Of a stretch of 64,000 nt of DNA, positions 39,501 through 45,900 are shown piece after piece. The stretch lies in the IMG/VR virus record IMGVR_UViG_3300047560_001157, one strand, 5' to 3'. Source of the stretch: an uncultured virus (IMG/VR IMGVR_UViG_3300047560_001157) (Duplodnaviria > Heunggongvirae > Uroviricota > Caudoviricetes). Within the stretch, counting starts at the first letter, position 1; every line of letters starts with the position of its first letter. The notes below the pieces were generated by a model. The model was not told where the DNA came from. It saw only the letters and a program-made list of their open reading frames with translations, and searched no databases. The translations under genes were made by a program, and so were the position numbers.

Positions 39501-42500
39501 TAACGTTTGGAGAAATAGTATAACCAGCGCCAGTTGTAAGCACGTTGGCCTTGGTTAAAGTACCGTTGTCTTTGGTAACAGAGAAACTTGCTTGTTCGCC
39601 ATTTAATCCAGTAGGAGCAGTGATTCTAACCACAGGGTTTGAATAGTTAGCACCTGGATCAATAATTCGTAGTCCAGTTAATGATCCATTGGTAAAGTAT
39701 GGTGTACCTGCTAAAATAATCTGATTGTCGGAACTTAATCTAACTTCACTACCATATCCCTCTTGGTAACGATCTTCACCTTGACGCAATGGTAACAATT
39801 GATCAAACTGCCAACCGTCAATCTTTTGGAACACACCCCAAACATTTTCTGCTTGATCGTTGTCTACCCAGACACGGTCCTGATCTCTCCATCCATGTGG
39901 TGGTGTAAATTCAATAATTTCACTTACCAAGTTGAATCGTACACTGATCATTCTAAAGTATACGCCTTCACTTTCAACACTTTGCACTTGAGCAAATGTT
40001 TCTAGTCCACGATAGCCTGTAACAAGAACACTCAAGTTGTCTTCGATTGTTTTAACAATGTAGAAACCATCAAATTCATTGTTGTTAAAGTTCTTGATTA
40101 CAATTAATTCTTTTACACTTGCGCCATGAGGCTTATCAAATGTAAACAGTAAATCTGTTCCACTGGTTCTAGTAATAGAATTCAACAATACATCTGTTTC
40201 TGTAGCACGATACATATTCCAACTCTTGTTGAAATCAACAGCTACCCACAGTTTGTATCCTGCGCCCAGTGTGTTTACCAACTGATAGTAGTTTTGATAA
40301 TTTTCAATGTTATAGATTGTACCGTCTACGTCATCCAAGCGTGGATAACCAGCAGTGACGTTATCACCAATTCTTGGCTTTAGGTCAGATCTAGTTTTTA
40401 CAATATTCTTGCTGTAGTTTTCTTCACTGGTTCTATAGATTGTGTATGGAGTAAAGTTAATTACGCCTGATACATCTGCTTCGTCTTTGTCCAGCAGATT
40501 AATAGTAGCAGGATCTTCTGTAAATGATTGGTCACTGAGTTCTACTTCAATGTACTGATCACTGCCAGTGGCACCGTATTCGCCAACACGCAAGGCCCAT
40601 TCTTCGTACAATGTGATTTCACTGGTAACTCTATCAAAGTTTCCAGATGTTAATCTTTCAATTGCGTTCTTTGTACCTTTTTGTTTAATGTAGCCTTGAT
40701 AGAATTTAACCTGGGCACGATTTTCAATACCCAAATCATTTAGATATTCTCTGTTTCTAAAACCAATCAAGCCATATGAGTATTTGTCAAAGTTTTCATC
40801 GCGGTCTTGGTACTCCATGTCATAGACATGTTTCAAGCGTCCTGCGGAATTTGACAAGTTTGGTAATAGGCCTGTTTTAATTCTGTTCTTGTCGATTGGC
40901 TTCCAGTAGTTGAAATTAAACGTTGTGCTTTCAGGAACCTTTTGTAATGCTACAAAATATTGGTTCTTGTAACTGACCAAGCTGCCAATGCTGTAAGTTC
41001 CGCCAGGTTGCCATTCGTCAACTTCCTGGCTGTTGTAGATATAACCAGGGGCATTCAATTGACCAGTCCAGTTGCCTGACTTAAAGCCAATTAGACGCAA
41101 CCGATATTGTCTGTTACCAATCTCAGGCTGATAGATTACATCGTTGAACACAGTCTGGTTGTCAAATATCAACACATGTTCGTATTCAACCAAGCTCAAG
41201 TCGGCCAGCGCAATCATCTTGCCATATAATGCATTTGCAGTAAACACGCCTTGATCGCGAGTTACTGTATAATCGCCTTGACGAATTAATGCAAAGTTTT
41301 GATCCAGCAGTTTGTTGCCAATCAGTCTATTAGTAATATGATCAACTACACCGTAATCAGCTGTCACAGAAATATTGCTACCCACTGGGCTCAATACAAT
41401 AACATTACCGGGTGCCCAACCTTGTCTACTCCAGGTTAGGAATTCGCGAATAGCCAAGTCCCAGTCTTGTGCTGTACCTAGCTCATCATTGTTTCTTTCA
41501 AAGTTAAATCCATTGGCTGTTAGATAGCGACCATAACTGGTCAAGAAGTCTGCAAGCTGTTGATGCGTTTTGAATTCAAAGCCATATGGTATTGTCAACT
41601 TACGCAGTTGATAATCTCTGTATACTCTTACACTTAATCCTAGCTCGCTGATACTATAAGCATTGTTGTTAATTTCGCTAGGTACAATAGTAAAGTATGG
41701 TCTTAGAATATCGTATCCGCTGACTTTCCAACCATTGGTGGTTACTTCTACAATAATAGCACTGTAGATTAAACGCTTTACTGGTGTGCTCTTGTGCAGA
41801 TGAACTCTGTAGTTTTCGTCAGGAATAATAATGTTGCGTCCGCTACCTCCTGGACTACTTTGCTCTGCTACAACTTCCATCATGTTCTTGTCAGTGAAGC
41901 CAGCCAGCTTGTAACTTAAACGTACATCCAAACGTTTGAGCCAATCGCGCATACGTGCTGATCCGTCAATACCTTGTTGTACTAGGAAATCTCTTATCCA
42001 GTTACTGTATCCGGCTGTGAGCGCAACATCGCTGTCTTTTAATCCAGAATCTGGTACAACAATCTGATCCAAGATCAAACGTTGACGACTGGTGATATCA
42101 GTGATTTGTTTTAGTTCTGAATCATAGCGATATCTATTGTTATCAAACTGTGTGCCTAGATAGAACCCAGGTCTTGCCAGGATCAATGCAATTTGTACAG
42201 CATATGGATAGTCACTGCTACGACGCCATGCTGTTTCAACAGGTCCGTGGTCTCCAATGCTAAACGATGCACTGGTATCCGTAGGATTGTAATTGGTAAC
42301 GCCAAGATTAATTGGGCTCACCAGCTCTCCTGTATCAGTCACTGGAATAATCTTTGACAGTCCAGGACGGGCAAAACGCAAATCAATGCCAGCACGTGTG
42401 CCATCAACTATGCGTCCTGCTTCTAGGTCTTCCCACAAAACTTTGTTACCGCTGGTGTATGGTGCTGGACCATAGTATGTTTCCCACCAGTCTGGCTTGG

Positions 42501-42966
42501 TACTAAAGCCAAGCATCTCCCATGGCATGGTGTGTGGACGATCAGTATCATAGAAATATTTGTAAACACCGCGCCAGTAGCCAGGTAAAGATTCTCCTGT
42601 GCTGTCTTTGAAACGTGCATAGTTCCAGGTCCAAGAATTGTTTGGATCAAAGTAACTATTTGAACTGTAGTCTAATCGGTTGTTGCCAATCCAGCTAAGG
42701 AATGTTCTTGTGATCAGCTGATTAAATTCTTGTCTAGAATAATCTGTAGATCTAAACTTACCAGGAATATCATCATAGATTTCTAACAATGTATCGTCGT
42801 ATTCAACTTTGATATTATTGTAAATTCTACGCTCTAGTTCCAACAACATATCATCACGATAGTCATTGAATGCAGGGGTTAGGCTACCATCGTGTCCTTG
42901 AATAACATTGATAGGAGTTCTGTAAGAATCGTCAACTATCAAAGTAGGTGTAAATTTAGGATACAT
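30562..42966 (-). CDS. giant baseplate-wedge/virion protein, C-terminal part (4134 aa)
   Basis: Downstream of the gp6-like gene; FG-GAP-like repeats, G.GY..P.V.I repeats and VKPYRTQIR; in frame with the upstream ORF across one TGA. Confidence 0.8.
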   Translation of the reverse strand: MYPKFTPTLIVDDSYRTPINVIQGHDGSLTPAFNDYRDDMLLELERRIYNNIKVEYDDTLLEIYDDIPGKFRSTDYSRQEFNQLITRTFLSWIGNNRLDYSSNSYFDPNNSWTWNYARFKDSTGESLPGYWRGVYKYFYDTDRPHTMPWEMLGFSTKPDWWETYYGPAPYTSGNKVLWEDLEAGRIVDGTRAGIDLRFARPGLSKIIPVTDTGELVSPINLGVTNYNPTDTSASFSIGDHGPVETAWRRSSDYPYAVQIALILARPGFYLGTQFDNNRYRYDSELKQITDITSRQRLILDQIVVPDSGLKDSDVALTAGYSNWIRDFLVQQGIDGSARMRDWLKRLDVRLSYKLAGFTDKNMMEVVAEQSSPGGSGRNIIIPDENYRVHLHKSTPVKRLIYSAIIVEVTTNGWKVSGYDILRPYFTIVPSEINNNAYSISELGLSVRVYRDYQLRKLTIPYGFEFKTHQQLADFLTSYGRYLTANGFNFERNNDELGTAQDWDLAIREFLTWSRQGWAPGNVIVLSPVGSNISVTADYGVVDHITNRLIGNKLLDQNFALIRQGDYTVTRDQGVFTANALYGKMIALADLSLVEYEHVLIFDNQTVFNDVIYQPEIGNRQYRLRLIGFKSGNWTGQLNAPGYIYNSQEVDEWQPGGTYSIGSLVSYKNQYFVALQKVPESTTFNFNYWKPIDKNRIKTGLLPNLSNSAGRLKHVYDMEYQDRDENFDKYSYGLIGFRNREYLNDLGIENRAQVKFYQGYIKQKGTKNAIERLTSGNFDRVTSEITLYEEWALRVGEYGATGSDQYIEVELSDQSFTEDPATINLLDKDEADVSGVINFTPYTIYRTSEENYSKNIVKTRSDLKPRIGDNVTAGYPRLDDVDGTIYNIENYQNYYQLVNTLGAGYKLWVAVDFNKSWNMYRATETDVLLNSITRTSGTDLLFTFDKPHGASVKELIVIKNFNNNEFDGFYIVKTIEDNLSVLVTGYRGLETFAQVQSVESEGVYFRMISVRFNLVSEIIEFTPPHGWRDQDRVWVDNDQAENVWGVFQKIDGWQFDQLLPLRQGEDRYQEGYGSEVRLSSDNQIILAGTPYFTNGSLTGLRIIDPGANYSNPVVRITAPTGLNGEQASFSVTKDNGTLTKANVLTTGAGYTISPNVTLLDEWNTITTAETLNTDWLYVSTADLDHIYLGDYVIGDGIPADYQVTDTDLAGHRVKIEGPAYAGLISATPIPVATGTVTFTTNLPATLTPIVPGAGIRAYKTGDLSTYIEGYVIDFTGTTLTAQIEIVQGTGSATSWVITTSLSVRSGKDVKFYRGTGGRVVSKLSPTGVDYIEIVNGGSGFIITPTVEIVGGGGFGATARAVLTGGRITEVVITNQGSGYTEEPEVILLTNNPTPVTLRARLKLTSVDQFVITDKGQDYREPTITISTHSSDYANNARADLSFYSNGGIQSVGFTGATASRGRSYGSGTIITMANSATGSGFSGTVTTFANGAINTITILNPGSDYDTQYTYANLYYGGGTGATGNIGRTIDGISNFTGTSVISYGQGYLEIPTVEIVDLSGTGSGAIVEAVLPIGQVKTFLRPDQNKTTIEETQLIKPFNSYAREFGYSVDIGTILAAIGAPGSYNDTGGVFISQTLGSQWISYQLLYPADLMAGDRFGHSVAMSPDQQWIYIGAPGANKVYAYGKKTQNYSRVTLTPVTNQLSYATNLFNLKSASELKVLGSNGKLYEPNFDYTVDNAGGIYFADYDRIATQEKIYINRLRLQTTITPTIIRNLVTRSYALESRPETIDQLLVYGATGRVFVPNREYTVIGGNIVFLTDDFLSEPTIVVVQKDVFYQLVDVIEPPDSINSDANFGWSVKCDQGGYRIIVGAPDVDDMDVDMNTIPSAGRVYTFSRSYEVLLSLGDTNIYTLDALRNVVAVTIDNILLTNLVDYNVEGNSIVLSVIPRNGARIKIDTNFFNIIQILPCPTVVNLGRFGYTVDISPDNKSLVVGSPGYRDEVYYNGQVYRYVNKGLYYGTVTTEKTYLEVGVTLGDTIKINDKNASLSQIVPGVTSNVNAMFSTIANEISLASNVGLAIGDSVIGPDIKKTDRIQITGWAGASPGYYSNVIVNLPVTVSAGDSLQFIRYGDNLDKIKKNLDAANAVAVETTVDESGYLTIAVKTDSNLGALDILPGASGTALDGIGLKIYELTQVLQHPRYGVPEKFGTRVAIDDTGNTVAVASEGGNTLKTSTFDGKLTLFDTDTTRFIDSLNASGAVYLYDYLNPPGETLANPGKLLYNQVLQNAFVLTGDNFGSSVDVNRGWALVGADRSDYHSPDAGAVHMFVNEKNVKGWSRLRERGDQIDIDYINKALLYDKVKQVSIIDLDYFDPVKGKILGIVDQDLDYKSSYDPAQYNRGVRTTVNIAEDSSWNASQVGQTWWDLSLCRYIDYEQGPLNYRSTNWGTLFPDSQIQVAEWVSSPVLPSQYAEFSGDGQAKYPDNSAYVEEAYYESTSGLIKTQYYFWVVNKQLFDRTKTSRVSSVVTLESLISDPAAQGVPYVAAIASNAFNIYNFKEYLKASDTVFRLEYSRKLGDIISHNEYELIQQGDENARIPQKLISKLIDSLSGENSTGAVVPDLKLTTADAYGISNLPRQSMIIDNLSAAKVFVSFVNNILLKKQINNKRNLARFYAAEEIPAAGVGFYDAAVDTVDQLLYIPASELFDGFKVLVKVDSDFFNYWTIYEYNQYVGFRMIRIQSYDTSRWWNFADWYADGYDQYTNIDYIVNRYNDIAKLSLNVGNTVKVLDLGKGLYSVYEYQVDGSLIEVIAEKGTIQLSSGLYNTDISRTGFDNSAFDQVGFSTTQSIELRNIFEGLVYDIFVNEDQVEINNLFFTLLNYILSEQVVVDWAIKTSLVTVLHKIRKLEQFTNYIKDNQTYYESYINEVKPYRTQIREYLLDYNGIENLNPGVSDFDFPSYYDKSIGNYKVLDPANARDLILINGSNRRDWIENYKYRIQSLALNSGGAGYTIAPRVSITGGGGTGATARAVLGIPVADGTASVVEVILTNPGSGYTSVPTVTFNGGNGTGASAAVQLVQDPTAPITSTTLNKKIRSVLTKIKFDRISYTSELKFWKPYEIYHPGDLLVLDDVREQYFANYTERTLPRFSFVYRVLKTLTGRSSIDLNLFEDATVVEKINGSDIENANDRIAAYLQPGSPEVAQIYSSPNTIRLVPGAINDQIISVAKQWNSVRHSVFYPVQHGYQYAAVGDASLIGLSKDGIEWTTNRITDTGINARDVILYRNYTWVVVANQGTIYTNDDGENWVSEKVNTYRFSPTNDNVNGLIQENIAQTLDITGGASAMTTYADYLVIAGNNGLILANARGNSYFDTAFNGWYNVKVQNQLIIQNYLKLISIDFGYLTDIDGTTYKVEIQPVSGYFTESISVAARTMKAGFVMTLGINGAINVITYNALDDYMQGYLYGYNYNNGKAGNVNYPWKPLSVPIDVKGLNDGYSGQQLASVATSGTDSNWIVVVGSGGTLIWNQFGLVIEEQEGRAELAPDTIDKTVINYKFNSYENFRKFDADNFVAPLTTAYLENIDFNDITWDGEKFVVVGNKSIILWGYPGYMSEAYIEMGFLSPTLSVATLREAASWTGGSGITSLVIQISAIDIDARSIMVGMNASGTGIPADAVVSNVVVGLTTHLITISFAATTVATASERNVLFTTGLNSGLAIGDKITVSNGSTTSQLTVSRAAVRGDRKIYVSDYNQNVDVNWAISGTGVPVNIRVRFVGKKASFSWQFAPGVEENVNLDYRTVSVNTKTITLSKPLLTHGGNVTGVYTGNVVTFYDPTGTVISLTATQNLPGNAQILTFDSIRNLEVGYDLQANTSLGIQEGTKITSVVNYNIAGVLSGLQKDIPALVPGTGYTGSQVQGKKFTDTVEDALGMDTVITSEFTDDLLGVRPEDITIDGGKFIDTYSSHAPEELVPGQVIDSLQMNVFTANIVNGQPDYGNVIAYKIFTDYKLSTTYYRLGASSTTMLTQDLRFDDTQIAVDDISKLPDSGSVWINAEKIVYQSVDRVNGLLLDLRRGSLRTSVAPIHEMGSLITDASPSQLVNEDFTTPITEDVIVENGIVGGANTSTYLSSEVTSIPQGRIWLDLDT

Positions 42967-45900
42967 TCACAACTTGGTTGGAGTTTCTGGAATGTAGTTT
43001 TCTACAGTGGTTGAATAGTCAACAATAACAATCACGCTGGTGTAGGTTAAGGACACAGAGTCTTTAACAAGAATACTAGAAGTATCAGTTAGGAAATCAA
43101 AATCAATTCCTCTTATTAACTGTTGAACAGTTCTAGTGGTTGTGTCTTGTAAGTATACCAATACCGCACGACGAGATAGCACAGTAGGATCAAAAGTATC
43201 TGGAATCAGATATGTTTTTTGTCTTACATTCAACACTGGTATGCGAGTGGTTTTACGGAACTTTGATCCGTATGGAACCATGTCGCTGTCGTACCACGGG
43301 CTCATTGAGCTCTTACCTACCATGATGCTTTCTAATACACGATCAACCGATGCAGGAATATCGTATGGGTCAATCTGTGACTTAGCTGCCATGTCCAAGA
43401 AACGATTCTTGAACTTAGAATATTCTTTTTGTGCAAATTCGATTGCCTGAACAACATTCAAATCTTTGTCTGTCATAAACAAAGCTGCCATGGCCACAGG
43501 ACTTGCGTGTTGTAGAATTGAGCCTTGCCAGCTCTTATTAGAAATGTTGCGTAGGTTATTATTTCCCAGTGTTGGGCCAACTAAACCATAGTGATTTTGT
43601 GTTTTGGTAACCAGGTGATTTCTAATTTGTCCCAGTGTCAAATACTCAAAGTTATTATTCAATGGATTCAAATCAAAGTTAACTGGTGTTTCATAATGTC
43701 CAATTGTAGACTGTGACTTGCTGTATATTTTAATAATAACCTGTTTGTTGGTGTCAAGGTTAGATGTGTTAATAACAATAGCCTTGCGACCGCCAAACTG
43801 TGTAAGCACATACTGTGTTGAATCCAGCAGGGTAGTTCCAACAAATACTTTTAAGTAAGGTATTGTGTTGCTGGTTTCTGGTTCAATGTCAACTTCAAAA
43901 TAGTTGGTTGTACCATCATATTGATGTGTGATAACCTGATACTGTTTTGATTTTTCAGTAACTGGAGTCCAGATGTTTCTTAAACGATAACTGTCGCTGG
44001 TGCTTTGTTTAAGAACAAAGTTCTTAATTGGAATTGAAACTTCGCCAAACCCTAACAAGTAACTAAACGTATCGGTCTGGAAGTAGTTAGAGAATTCAAT
44101 ATCACCAACGTTTTGGAAATTCTTATAGGTCAGTGAGAAATTCAGCACAGTGTCTGCTTTACCCGAGCCTATGCGATATCCAAAGATCTTGGTACCTGTG
44201 AATTTAGTACCAGGGTATGTAGTACCATCGCCGGCACTGTATCCATTTTTATCAAACGCATCAAACAGTGGTTCTTGATTGGTGTCTGATTTTTGTTGTG
44301 CAGGCAACCATTCTGTGCCTGTAAAATAATATTGATTGTATGTAACAATATTAGTCGAAGTTTGTCTAGCGTTAGTAGGAATATTAACAACCACAGTATC
44401 GCCAACATCATATGTTTCTGGTGTGGTGTCTTCGACATCTATTGCAGAGTTCTGCTGATCAATTAATGCCACTGCTTCGGCGGCATAGGTAAATGTTACT
44501 TCGATGTCACTGAACTCAGGTTGTAGTATATCTAATACAATTCTCTTTTCAAACACCGCAGACGCTGTTTGTTCTAGAACCAATGCTACAACTTTAGGTG
44601 TATTTGCACCAGTGGTTAAACCAACACCAAAGTTATCATAGGTACTTGTTACTTTTGCACCAACAACTACACCAGTGTAGGTGTCAACTTTTAGTACTTT
44701 ACCAGACTGGTACTGAATTGGTGCTAGAGTTGTTGGATCAAGGTATGTGATTAAATTTGTGCTGCCAGTACATGCTGCCACCTTGGTAACAACAGGATAC
44801 AATGATTCAATAGTTATTTGTGGAGCATGTACATATCCACGACCTGAATTTGTAATGTCAATGTAGTCAATTTCAGATGATGCAATGGTTGCTGTTATGT
44901 CTGCATTGTTGTTGAAATAAACTGGTGTTAGTGCTGGAACAGTAACGTCACCGGAAAGTTTAATTCTTCTAGTATAAGCATCAACGTTTAATACAGTAAC
45001 GGTATAGGAAATGTATCCAGATACATCTTTAACTACCATGCCAGGTTGTACACCTGCAACGGTGTCTAGAACCATTTCATTGCCAGTTACGATTTCTGCA
45101 ACACTAAGGAATCCAGATTTTGTATTTCCTGGAACTCTAGCACTAGAACCATAACCGTCTTCTGTGAAGAATCTGCTTTGGCAAGTTACAAAAATCTTGG
45201 AATCCAATGGCAAGTCAATTACTTCGCCATCTGAGTCTAAGCTTCTAATAGGCCCATCTAATACCAAACGATCGGTGTCCACAGTAACAACTGTACGAAT
45301 ATCTGCACGTGTTAGTGCAATATCCATAAACGAAATGTAGTCATCCGGATTTGGTCCAGTGTAATCTGTTTCCGCATACGGAGTCAATCCAAAATCTGTA
45401 TACAACTCATTGCCGTTAATAGTAGAAACCAAGAATACCAACCAACCTGGTTTAATTGCACTAAGGTCTGTGCCTTCTGCAAAATACAAAGTATCAGTTC
45501 CGTAAGTTGATGTAGCCGATGTTTTCAGTTCTACATAACTTACAATTTCAGCTTGTACATTTTCACCAACTTTGTAACCAGCGCCTGGGTTTACAATTTC
45601 AACATAGCTAATAAGATTATCATTTACCACAGCAGTTGCAGTGGCCTGGTTACCTTGTGTGTCTTCAATGGTAACAGTTGGTGCAGATGCATATCCGGAG
45701 CCGGCATTGGTAACGGAAATATTATAAATGGAGTTACCATCGCTACGTGCAATAGCAGTAGCAGGAACACCTGCAAACACCAGTTTTGCGCCAGCACGAA
45801 TTGTTACATTCTTGTCTGTTACAAACTGTGTAGAACTTAACACCTTTGCTACTTTTGTTTGAGCATAGTCAATGGTGTAGGCAGTGATCAAACCACCGCT

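Noticed and set aside
42900..42969. Selenocysteine insertion at the in-frame TGA
   Set aside because: No convincing SECIS-like hairpin directly downstream by eye, and the context is a structural protein rather than a redox motif.
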